From the NCBI GenBank assembly GCA_016840485.1, contig JAEOSG010000002.1, forward strand, positions 50,368-82,367: a DNA stretch of 32,000 nucleotides, given 5' to 3'. A program made the translations under genes and the position numbers. Below the pieces are notes generated by a model, which saw only the letters and a list, made by a program, of their open reading frames with translations, ran no database searches and was not told where the DNA came from. This DNA is from Candidatus Baldrarchaeota archaeon. GTDB lineage: Archaea; Asgardarchaeota; Baldrarchaeia; Baldrarchaeales; DXJG01. This document shows, piece after piece, positions 18,203-26,043 of the stretch; the stretch's first letter is position 1, and every line of letters begins with the position of its first letter.

Positions 18203-18300
18203 CTAATTTGTTTTTGTAGTTTTTGATGTTGTTTTATATGGTGGTTGCTATTGGGTGGAATTCGAGTTTGTGTTTGTATTTTTTGTTTAGTGTTTTTATT
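18203..18300 (+). repeat. T/G-rich low-complexity tract immediately 3' of tRNA-Thr(TGT)
   Basis: It has almost no A or C on the plus strand and contains TTTTTGATGTTGTTTTAT. Related tracts lie at 25268 and 29206. Confidence 0.6.
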
Positions 18301-19135
18301 GCGTTTTTGTTGGGTAGTGTTTTTCTTTTACAAATTCTATGCCTTCTACTTCTCTTAGATATTTTTCAAAGATATCCCAGACGTTGGTGAACCATTTTAA
18401 GTTGTTTTTCTTGGCGTAGTTGTATAGATTTTCTTCGACGTACTCATGAAATATTTTTGCGATGGCTAATTCCTTTTCTGAAAGTTCTTCTTCCCAAGGG
18501 AGGGGTGAACCGTGGGCTTCTGCGTCAAAATTTACGAAGTCTATCCAGTTTGCTTCGCTTCTTAACCATTTTTCAACAACATATAAAGATACTTTGTAAA
18601 AGAAGAGTTGTTCTCCTTCTAGCTTTACAACTTTTATTCTTTCGCTGTATTGCTTGAGTTCTTCATGTATGTCGAACATGTGCTCGGATGAAATTGTGGA
18701 TATTACGCGTCCCTTAACTATCTTTTCAATATTATCTCTGTGTTTTTTGTCTTCTAGCATTTTTTTGCGCATTTTCTGAAAGTTATCCAGCGCCTTTTTG
18801 CAGCATTTGCTTTCTGGCTTCTTATTGAAAATAATCGTGTTGTAACAGCACTCTTTTGGACATTTCCAACCTGCAATATTTCTTTCTTCTTCGGTGTAGG
18901 GTTCTTCGTTGTAATCTGTTGGATATTCTATGCCTATAAGGGATCTTTTGCAGTCTCTCTCATCAAGGTGTAAAGTGAAGGTTATTTTGGGTTCTATGGT
19001 GTCTATTAAACCTTTTTTCATCATTTCTTCGATAATATATATCATTATGATGTAAATTGTATCAATAATATAGTAGTGGTTTATTTCTTGTATCATGTGG
19101 AACATCCATTCTTCGTTTTCGGGAAGTTTCGTCAT
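18296..19135 (-). CDS. Hypothetical protein with no recognisable family (cytosolic, Cys cluster CPKECC...CCKK). Last gene of the orphan operon.
   Basis: It is an intact 279-aa ORF with GGGGG 7 nt upstream of the ATG. It is tightly packed behind the upstream gene. Confidence 0.6.
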   Translation of the reverse strand: MTKLPENEEWMFHMIQEINHYYIIDTIYIIMIYIIEEMMKKGLIDTIEPKITFTLHLDERDCKRSLIGIEYPTDYNEEPYTEEERNIAGWKCPKECCYNTIIFNKKPESKCCKKALDNFQKMRKKMLEDKKHRDNIEKIVKGRVISTISSEHMFDIHEELKQYSERIKVVKLEGEQLFFYKVSLYVVEKWLRSEANWIDFVNFDAEAHGSPLPWEEELSEKELAIAKIFHEYVEENLYNYAKKNNLKWFTNVWDIFEKYLREVEGIEFVKEKHYPTKTQ

Positions 19136-19148
19136 AACATGCCCCCTA

Positions 19149-20894
19149 TTATATTATTTGTTGCAGTATTTGTGTTGTAATGGTTCCTATGGCTATTCCT
19201 AGTAGGTATGTTGTGGGACCTCCGTTGGCGAATATTTGTATTGATGTGTCGATGGTTGGCCATATGATTTTTTCAAAGATCCATGCGTTGTTGCCGAATA
19301 GGGTTCTGGCGATGTATGGGATGGCTTGAGCGGCAAGAATCACGTTGTTTCCCTCTATTAGCATTTGTAGGAGCATGCCGTTTAGGATGCTTCCCAGAAA
19401 TGTTTGTAGTAAGACTTTTACCATGTCCTTTAAGCTCCCGTCATTGTTTTTGTTTGTTAGTAGGTTTGAGAAGTCTTGGTAGTCGTCGATGTTCATTAGA
19501 GCGTAGCTTATTAATGCTAGGATTACGTAAACTTTAATTTTCCCTTTTCCAGCTTTTAGAGTTCCTTTGAAGTTTTCTGGGAGTTTAACGTATACTTCCA
19601 TTCCTATCCTCGTTCCAAGGAAGCACGTTGATGCAAATAGAGCTATGCAAAGTACGCTTGTCTTGGACAAATCCGGTTTACTCAACGTCTTTTGGAGTAA
19701 GCTTTTGAATGTGCCGCTGACTTTTCCCTTTGTACATGTGTATTTTTCCCAGTTTATTTTCTTGGATTTGCCTTCAATTATTTTCTGGGTTATTTCGTTT
19801 GGTAGTTTTCTGTTTTCGTCGAAGTGCCATGAAAATGTTTCGTCGTCGATGAGGGCTAATGTTGCAGCTCTCATTACGTGTCCCCAAACGTCTCCTTCGT
19901 TGAGAACATTTTTTGCTGGTGGTATTGATAGGTATTCCCAACAAACTTTCCTAAGATTATCTTTGGCTATCAATCCTTCTAAAATAGTTCCATAAATTTT
20001 TTCTTTAGCTGTGACTTTAAATTCGTGTAAATTATATTTTGCTTCGTCTAGAGCTACAAAATTTATTGCTTCACTTTTTTCACGCCACTTCGAAACTCCT
20101 GTAAATCTTTTTTCTCGTCCTAAATAATCATTTTCCTCTATGAACTTTGTGTAGGAGTTATGTAGTAATTTGTAGTTTTCGTTTAGTATTTTTGTTAATT
20201 CGAGTTTGATGTTTTCAATTTTTGATGCTTCTGTATCTAGTCCTTCGCTTCTTAGTCTCTCTGCGGTGTCTTCTAGTATCCATTTGGTGGCAACTAATCC
20301 CAAGTGTGGTTCGCGGAGGAAAGGTGGGTCTGCTGAAATAATTACTCCCCGAATCTTTCCTTCAAATATAGTTGGATGCGCATCGAAAGTTGTTTGTGAA
20401 ATTAATTCGAAAAGCGAGGGGTCTGTTCCTTTGGATTCTCTATATAATTTTCTAATTTCATTCCAAACTTTAGCTTGTTCTAACACTAAATGCTTGACTT
20501 TACCTAGATGTTCTTTCCATTTTTCGTTTAATTTACATTTATCAAATCTGTATAATGCGTTTTTTACTCGATCTCCTTGTCTTCCTTTTACTATTGATGC
20601 CACTTTTCCATAATTGTCTTTAAATTGTCTTTCTCTGGGGTTTACTCCTATTAATATTCTGAAGCCCGTGAGCGTGTAGTCCCTTGCTTCAACTCTGTAT
20701 TCTACGAAATCGCTTATCAAGATAGATTTCTCATATCGTTTGTTTGTGAAATTTTCTTCGAACTTCTTTTTTCCATCTTGAAATTTCTCAATAGGATTTT
20801 CTTCAGGGTCCGTGAACTGATTTAGGTAGCCCTCCCAAATGACTGCAAAGACGACATGTTCTCCATCTATAAATGTGTGAATTGTTTGAACCAT
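19149..20894 (-). CDS. Hypothetical large protein: soluble N-terminal part of about 400 aa plus a C-terminal region of about 170 aa with several predicted transmembrane helices
   Basis: It is an intact 581-aa ORF. Its ATG lies 2 nt after the upstream stop (TAAGGATG). Hydrophobic stretches include VLCIALFASTCFLG, VYVILALISYALM and LLGIAIGTITTQIL. Confidence 0.65.
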   Translation of the reverse strand: MVQTIHTFIDGEHVVFAVIWEGYLNQFTDPEENPIEKFQDGKKKFEENFTNKRYEKSILISDFVEYRVEARDYTLTGFRILIGVNPRERQFKDNYGKVASIVKGRQGDRVKNALYRFDKCKLNEKWKEHLGKVKHLVLEQAKVWNEIRKLYRESKGTDPSLFELISQTTFDAHPTIFEGKIRGVIISADPPFLREPHLGLVATKWILEDTAERLRSEGLDTEASKIENIKLELTKILNENYKLLHNSYTKFIEENDYLGREKRFTGVSKWREKSEAINFVALDEAKYNLHEFKVTAKEKIYGTILEGLIAKDNLRKVCWEYLSIPPAKNVLNEGDVWGHVMRAATLALIDDETFSWHFDENRKLPNEITQKIIEGKSKKINWEKYTCTKGKVSGTFKSLLQKTLSKPDLSKTSVLCIALFASTCFLGTRIGMEVYVKLPENFKGTLKAGKGKIKVYVILALISYALMNIDDYQDFSNLLTNKNNDGSLKDMVKVLLQTFLGSILNGMLLQMLIEGNNVILAAQAIPYIARTLFGNNAWIFEKIIWPTIDTSIQIFANGGPTTYLLGIAIGTITTQILQQII

Positions 20895-20896
20895 CC

Positions 20897-21658
20897 TTAT
20901 TTCGCCAAAAATCTATAATAATGACTGGTAACTTTACCCTTACTTACAGTTTTTCTGTAATCCATGATTATCATCGAAATTTTTCCGTTTTTATCAAATT
21001 TAACAAGATCCTTACATCTGATATCCTTATTACTAACTATTTTATCGATTTTATCGACCAGATTTCTGGTTATCAACGCGTCATACCAGCTTTCCCTTGT
21101 CCAACCTTCCCGTACAACTAAGTATATATCGTCAGTTCTTACAAAGTTCATCTTTTTAACCAGATCAGAACTTCCGAGAACTTCGTATAGATATTTGAAA
21201 ACCTTCTCCTGATCCCTACTTGTAAAAGAACCGTAAGCCATTATGTTGGTCTTTGTTTTATCTCTCCCGGCCCATGGCCATTTGATTATACCTGATAGTA
21301 TTCCTGATATTAGCCAGGCATTGTATATTTTTATCCAGGATTTTAACTGGATTTCTAAGGGTTGTAAACCGATTATAAAGTTCAGTATTTTATTTACTGT
21401 TTTCATGAAGAGGTTCACTATTTTTTTGGGTATTCTTCCTTCAGCTACAAGTTCAGATAAAAGATAAACCAAGCCTAAATAACTGTCAACTGAAAAATTC
21501 ACAAAGTTAAACCAAACTTCCTCAAAAATACCCTTTATCTTATCCCAAACGTTGTTAAAGGGCTTAACTAAAGTATCTGTAAGCTTTTTAACAGCAGACT
21601 TAAAAGTTACCTCACTATAAGCAACAGCATTATCTAAGAACCTTACACTTGGATCCAC
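20897..21658 (-). CDS. Hypothetical membrane-associated protein
   Basis: It is an intact 253-aa ORF with a GTG start and hydrophobic segments YLGLVYLLSELVA and AWLISGILSGIIKWPW. No family is recognised. Confidence 0.55.
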   Translation of the reverse strand: MDPSVRFLDNAVAYSEVTFKSAVKKLTDTLVKPFNNVWDKIKGIFEEVWFNFVNFSVDSYLGLVYLLSELVAEGRIPKKIVNLFMKTVNKILNFIIGLQPLEIQLKSWIKIYNAWLISGILSGIIKWPWAGRDKTKTNIMAYGSFTSRDQEKVFKYLYEVLGSSDLVKKMNFVRTDDIYLVVREGWTRESWYDALITRNLVDKIDKIVSNKDIRCKDLVKFDKNGKISMIIMDYRKTVSKGKVTSHYYRFLAK

Positions 21659-21682
21659 CCAACCATCTAAAATCTTCTTAAC

Positions 21683-22735
21683 TCAACTCAAATCTACACC
21701 TAAAACTTTCGACAATACCCCTAGAAGTTTATCCATTGTCCAAGAGAAATATTTCAATATTCCTCGTGCACACTTCGCTATCGCAGCAATTATTAAAGCA
21801 GCGACAAGCCCGCTAAGAGCTTTACCAGCCTTAACCATAGAATAAGCTACAGAAACAATCGTCTTCAAATATCGCTTAGCAAAACTTATTACAAAGTTTG
21901 CACCGCGAAAAACGGTGTTATCTAGGGTTGTTTTTACTGGGCTTCGTATCCACTTGTTCCACGGGGCATTAAATGTTTCATCAATCCACCTATAAACCGC
22001 AGATTTAATATCATAATAATATTTGTAAATTGTATCGAAAATTTCATCGACAAGCAAAATTACCTTTCTAACTTCAACAACACTAGCCTCAATCTTCCCC
22101 GTAACACCATCTCCAAAACATTTCCTCTCGTTTTTTGGTGGTTTCCAAAATCTTCCAGCGACAACAGGTATACCCCTAGATTCATATTTATGTTTGAAAC
22201 TTATTTTTGAACCTCTGGCACCGAATGTTTCACGTTTTGACACGACTTCGTAACTTACATGTTTAACCCTTCTCTTTACATAGCTTTTCGGAGGATCTCC
22301 GCGATGAATCACAACCTTAACATTTTTCCTATGAAGTGTGACCTTATAAGCCCGCCTAGAAACAACTCTCCTCTTAAATCTAGATCTTAATCCCAGAGTT
22401 ACATTGTCATTGCCATCGTAAATTTCATAGGGGTTAATTGTCGAATTTGTTTCCTCAATTTTATCTACAACTCTAAATTCTATATATCCTTCTACTATTT
22501 CGCCAGTAAAATTATCGATGATCTCAACGGGTAGATATACATGTTCCTCAATCAACTCGTAGGTTCCAGCTGATAAAACTGATTGAACAGAAGCAATATA
22601 ATCTCCATTTAAATAAGTTTCTCCCTCATAAGTTAATATTTGTGCATCGCTAAATTTTTCGAAGAAAGCAACCACGGAACTATTACCGTAAATTTCTTTT
22701 TTCCCTACCCATGTTACAAAATGGCAAATAAACAA
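21683..22735 (-). CDS. Hypothetical protein, third frame-segment of a probably single F-E-D gene. It has a very basic middle region and a hydrophobic C-terminal anchor.
   Basis: The ORF opens only 2 codons after an in-frame TAA. It has a TTG start and no RBS. It overlaps the end of the upstream segment across an A6 run. C-terminus: LSGLVAALIIAAIAKCA. Confidence 0.55.
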   Translation of the reverse strand: MFICHFVTWVGKKEIYGNSSVVAFFEKFSDAQILTYEGETYLNGDYIASVQSVLSAGTYELIEEHVYLPVEIIDNFTGEIVEGYIEFRVVDKIEETNSTINPYEIYDGNDNVTLGLRSRFKRRVVSRRAYKVTLHRKNVKVVIHRGDPPKSYVKRRVKHVSYEVVSKRETFGARGSKISFKHKYESRGIPVVAGRFWKPPKNERKCFGDGVTGKIEASVVEVRKVILLVDEIFDTIYKYYYDIKSAVYRWIDETFNAPWNKWIRSPVKTTLDNTVFRGANFVISFAKRYLKTIVSVAYSMVKAGKALSGLVAALIIAAIAKCARGILKYFSWTMDKLLGVLSKVLGVDLS

Positions 22736-23267
22736 ATTTTAGTCTGTTTAGATACTCTATTCTTAATTTTTTTGCTAAGTGTTCTAATGTTTTTCCGTTA
22801 ACAACAGCTACGTTGTTTTCTCCATGCATTAGCATACCGTGTATCTGCAAAGTTTCATTTAGAACTCCATGAGCCAAAATTACTAGGTAAACTTCACTTG
22901 CTCTTCGATCCTCCTCAGCTAACCACAACAAATACACCAGGTTCATCGCAGTACAATAATTTCCTGTTAGAATTATTGATGCATCTCCAACCTCCTCAGC
23001 AAACCTCAAAATCTCATCAACAACAATCCGCGTACGCTCATCACAAAACAACGATTCATTCAATATCTCGATATCAGTAGATAAAAACGCTAAAACAAGC
23101 ACACCTGTATTATTAATATTCTCCACAGATTTCAGAAAAATTTCTTTGGTATCTTCACTCAGCCTACCGGTTGCATCTATTCCAGTAACCCAGTCTTCCC
23201 TTATGCTAGAGTTTAATACAATACCCTGACCAATGTTTGAGGCTTTACTAGTCGGAGAAATCACCAC
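22683..23267 (-). CDS. Hypothetical protein, second frame-segment of the F-E-D gene
   Basis: It has a GTG start and no RBS, and overlaps both neighbours. It contains VYLVILAHG ... FVYLPFCNMG (a His-Gly / Cys pair, each after a hydrophobic strand). Confidence 0.5.
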   Translation of the reverse strand: MVISPTSKASNIGQGIVLNSSIREDWVTGIDATGRLSEDTKEIFLKSVENINNTGVLVLAFLSTDIEILNESLFCDERTRIVVDEILRFAEEVGDASIILTGNYCTAMNLVYLLWLAEEDRRASEVYLVILAHGVLNETLQIHGMLMHGENNVAVVNGKTLEHLAKKLRIEYLNRLKFVYLPFCNMGREKRNLR

Positions 23268-23484
23268 CCTGCTGACCAGTTTTTTCTTCCCAAACAGTTA
23301 TTGGTGAACCATTAGTAAACCCACGGAAATGCGGGTCAAAACTATCAATGTAGATTTCTGGCTTTTTAACTCTAGTTAATTCACCTAAGATCGTACCATC
23401 GTTTGTTGCTATTAGTCTACTAGTTGAAACCTCCAATAATAAAACTATTAAAATCAATATCCCCGCTACAAGCTTATTTTTCAC
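23248..23484 (-). CDS. Hypothetical secreted or membrane N-terminal segment (signal peptide or TM) of the F-E-D gene
   Basis: A strong RBS GGAGGGUGA lies 3 nt upstream of GTG 23484. The N-terminus is MKNKLVAGILILIVLLL. Confidence 0.6.
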   Translation of the reverse strand: MKNKLVAGILILIVLLLEVSTSRLIATNDGTILGELTRVKKPEIYIDSFDPHFRGFTNGSPITVWEEKTGQQGGDFSD

Positions 23485-23503
23485 ATTTCACCCTCCTAAT
23501 TCC

Positions 23504-23514
23504 TAAATAAAAAT
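23504..23514 (-). promoter_or_regulatory. Candidate TATA box (minus strand ATTTTTATTTA) for the orphan operon
   Basis: It is an AT-rich box A-like element about 20 nt upstream of the GGAGGGUGA RBS of the first ORF. Confidence 0.4.
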
Positions 23515-23980
23515 CGGCGGCAAGGTTTAAATAGCCCGATGTGAACAGGTTCAAAAACATGACAAAATACTTCATAACCTAAAATAACAACCGATTAAAA
23601 AATTAAAATACAAAAATATGTATCTTTTAACTAAATGTACCTCATGTCCTAATCTCGATCTTTTTTAATTATTTGACGAATGTCGATAGCGAGGACAAAA
23701 TTTAGGTATAACACTGTTAAGATGATACTTTCTTTAGCAAATTTTTATAAATCACTTATAAGTACGGTACCTAAAAACCACTGATTGTGGCATGTTTCTA
23801 GCTATTTACAAAAATAAATTTTTAATAATAAGATTAGGAAAATTATTATCTAAATTAACTCAATGTCTTTTTACAAAATATTCAATGTCTTGTTAAATTT
23901 TCGACTGCTTTTAACTTTTTAAATACTTTTCAGCAAAAATTATCGATAAGTTCTAATGTTCTTTCATAAGGGAACTTATT

Positions 23981-24172
23981 TCATTTCTTTTTCTCTATGA
24001 TTAGTCTTTTTCCGTGTATGTCTATTTTTACTATGACTTCTTCTCTATGTTTGAAGGGAAAAGCCGTATCGTTTGCAACTTGGCTTGGAATGTAAATCCA
24101 TGTCTTTTTGTATTTTTTGTTTTTTGTTTTTGTTTCTCTGACGATGATGCGTCCTAGGCCTTCTTTAGCCAT
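23981..24172 (-). CDS. Small basic AbrB/SpoVT-like DNA-binding protein (candidate regulator)
   Basis: It has 63 aa. WIYIPSQVANDTAFPFKHREEVIVKIDIHGKRLIIEK resembles the swapped-hairpin pattern (xIPxxhxxxh.h..Gd.v.h....g..hhh.k). The N-terminal half is Lys-rich. Confidence 0.5.
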   Translation of the reverse strand: MAKEGLGRIIVRETKTKNKKYKKTWIYIPSQVANDTAFPFKHREEVIVKIDIHGKRLIIEKKK

Positions 24173-24365
24173 TATTTCATTCCTCTTGGTAAAAATGTAT
24201 ATTCATTTTATTGGATAACCAATTTAGTTCTTTTTGAAGACCAAAAGGGTCTACCACTTTGGTGAACTAACATTTATAAGTTCTTCCCACAATAATTGGT
24301 ATACCAACAATGAGCAAGATGCCCAGCAATCATTTAAACCCTAAAAATGACGGAGGATAAAGAAA

Positions 24366-24623
24366 TTGAGTGAAATGAAACTGAAATGCCGCTTTTATTT
24401 GGAGAAAAAACATAGATGCCTGATTAGTGGAGCCATATGTGCTTTTCCGGTTTCTTTTGGGAAAGAAAAATACTGTGATACGTATAGATTTGATTTCGAA
24501 AAGTGGTTCGAAGACATTGTCTTGGAATTGGCAAGAAAAAATAGTATTTTGGAATACTACGACGAGTCATCATGTTGCTTTTCGCGTGATGATGCAACTG
24601 ATGGGCACAGAAATAGATCGTAG
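24366..24623 (+). CDS. Hypothetical small Cys-rich protein (uncertain; may continue in the overlapping 24427-24711 frame)
   Basis: Two overlapping plus-strand ORFs cover 24366-24711. Neither has a recognisable family. Confidence 0.3.
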   Translation: MSEMKLKCRFYLEKKHRCLISGAICAFPVSFGKEKYCDTYRFDFEKWFEDIVLELARKNSILEYYDESSCCFSRDDATDGHRNRS

Positions 24624-24934
24624 AGTAGATTATACCTATGAGGACATTCACAGAATTGTGGAGAAAAACTGGAGAGAATTAGTTAAAACTAGTATAGTCC
24701 ATAAGATCTAAAAATGGCGTAGTGCATGCTTGACATTTTCTTCTTACTTCATATAATGTGATTTCTTTCTTATTTGTGGGTTGTAAGGGTGTGATGAGGT
24801 ATGTTCTTTATGTGTTGTTATTTTTAGGTTTGATTTATTAATAAATCCATAAGTCTTTTATTGCTTTTTACTAAAGCTATGTTAGAAAACTATTTAAAGC
24901 AGATATTGTTCACCCTTTATGCAGTTACTATCTA

Positions 24935-25072
24935 GGGGCCGTGGTCTAGGGATAGGCAGACCAAACCTGCTTATCGGAGAACTTGGTATGATGCTGGGTT
25001 TGGGACCCAGTGGACTAGCAGAGTTTTCTCTGCTAGGCTGAATCCCGGGTTCAAATCCCGGCGGCCCCACCA
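24935..25072 (+). tRNA. tRNA-Pro(TGG) with two introns: between D stem and anticodon stem about 24962-24992, and in the variable loop about 25013-25041. CCA is encoded.
   Basis: Acceptor GGGGCCG/CGGCCCC, D arm GUCU-AGGGAUAGGC-AGAC, anticodon arm CUGGG-UUUGGGA-CCCAG, T arm CCGGG-UUCAAAU-CCCGG. The second intron holds a perfect 9-bp hairpin CUAGCAGAG-UUUU-CUCUGCUAG. The exons sum to 78 nt. Confidence 0.75.
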
Positions 25073-25130
25073 AAACCATGCAAAATAAACCTTAAGTAAA
25101 AACAAGTTACTCGTATATAATTATCAGACT

Positions 25131-25267
25131 GCGGGGGTGGCCGAGACCGCCAAAAACTATAATAGCGGCGGAAACCAGGACAAAGGGGCTGGATTCCGTT
25201 AAAAGGCGCCGGACTTAAGATCCGGTGGCGTAGGCCTGCGTGGGTTCGAATCCCACCCCCCGCACCA
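25131..25267 (+). tRNA. tRNA-Leu(TAA) with two D-arm introns (about 25146-25173 and 25187-25206). CCA is encoded.
   Basis: Acceptor GCGGGGG/CCCCCGC, anticodon arm CCGGA-CUUAAGA-UCCGG, long variable arm UGGCGUAGGCCUGC, T arm GUGGG-UUCGAAU-CCCAC. Confidence 0.8.
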
Positions 25268-25350
25268 ATTTGTTTTGATGTTATTTTTGTTTTGTGTTTC
25301 TTGCGTGTTTTTAGTTGATTGTTTGTTTGAGTTAATGTTTATTTGTTTGT
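25268..25350 (+). repeat. T/G-rich low-complexity tract immediately 3' of tRNA-Leu
   Basis: ATTTGTTTTGATGTTATTTTTGTTTTGTG... is nearly devoid of A and C. It shares TTTTGATGTT with the 18203 tract. Confidence 0.6.
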
Positions 25351-25364
25351 GGGTTAAAAGGTGT

Positions 25365-25778
25365 ATGGGGGTTGTGTTGGTGTTATTGGATCATGTTGGG
25401 GTGGTTGTGAGGGATCTTGATAGTGCTGTGAGGTTTTTTACGGAGGTTGTCGGTTTAAGATTTGAGGGTTATGAGGTTGTAGAGGAACAAGGGGTGAAGA
25501 TTGCTTTTTTGTCTGCTGGGAATGTTGAGGTGGAGTTGATTGCACCGCTGAGTAGTGCGAGTCCAGTGGCAAAGTTTTTGGAAAAGAGAGGCGAAGGTTT
25601 TCATCATCTTGCTTTTCGCGTCAAGGATCTTTCAGATACGTTAAAACGTTTGAAAGCTGAGGGATTACGATTAATAGATGATAAGCCGCGTAAAGGTGCA
25701 AGAGGTAGAAAAATCGTATTTGTTCACCCGAAAAGTGTATATGGAATTTTACTGGAACTATGTGAAGATGAAGGTTAG
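25365..25778 (+). CDS. mce: Methylmalonyl-CoA epimerase (VOC/glyoxalase fold)
   Basis: It shows LDHVGVVVRDLDSAVRFF...VELIAPL...FLEKRGEGFHHLAF...FVHPKS. ATG 25365 is preceded by AAGGUG. The ORF-track N-terminal extension is translated T/G-rich tract. Confidence 0.85.
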   Translation: MGVVLVLLDHVGVVVRDLDSAVRFFTEVVGLRFEGYEVVEEQGVKIAFLSAGNVEVELIAPLSSASPVAKFLEKRGEGFHHLAFRVKDLSDTLKRLKAEGLRLIDDKPRKGARGRKIVFVHPKSVYGILLELCEDEG

Positions 25779-26043
25779 GATAGTATTTGAAACAGTTTGT
25801 ACATAGTAACTACGACTGACTGTTTTTCTTATGCAAAATATAATGTGTAAACTGAGTTTTGGATCAAGTAGATTGAAATTCTAGAATATTATGATGTTAC
25901 GTTTCGATACCACGTTTTCGATTACTAGATTAGGGTAGGGAAAGTAGATTTTAACTACGTTTTCTATAAAGGAAGAATGGAAAAATATAAAAGTTTTTTT
26001 AACAAATAGTTTTTAAGTAGACAAATTGGGGGATGGGTTGGTT

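Noticed and set aside
18203-24934. Calling the tRNA-flanked orphan block an integrated virus or plasmid
   Set aside because: I looked for an integrase or recombinase, a replication protein, capsid-like genes and a duplicated tRNA 3' fragment (att repeat) at the far end, and found none. The GGUUCAAAUCC T-arm motif occurs only in the intact tRNAs. Accessory origin remains plausible but a mobile-element call is not supported.
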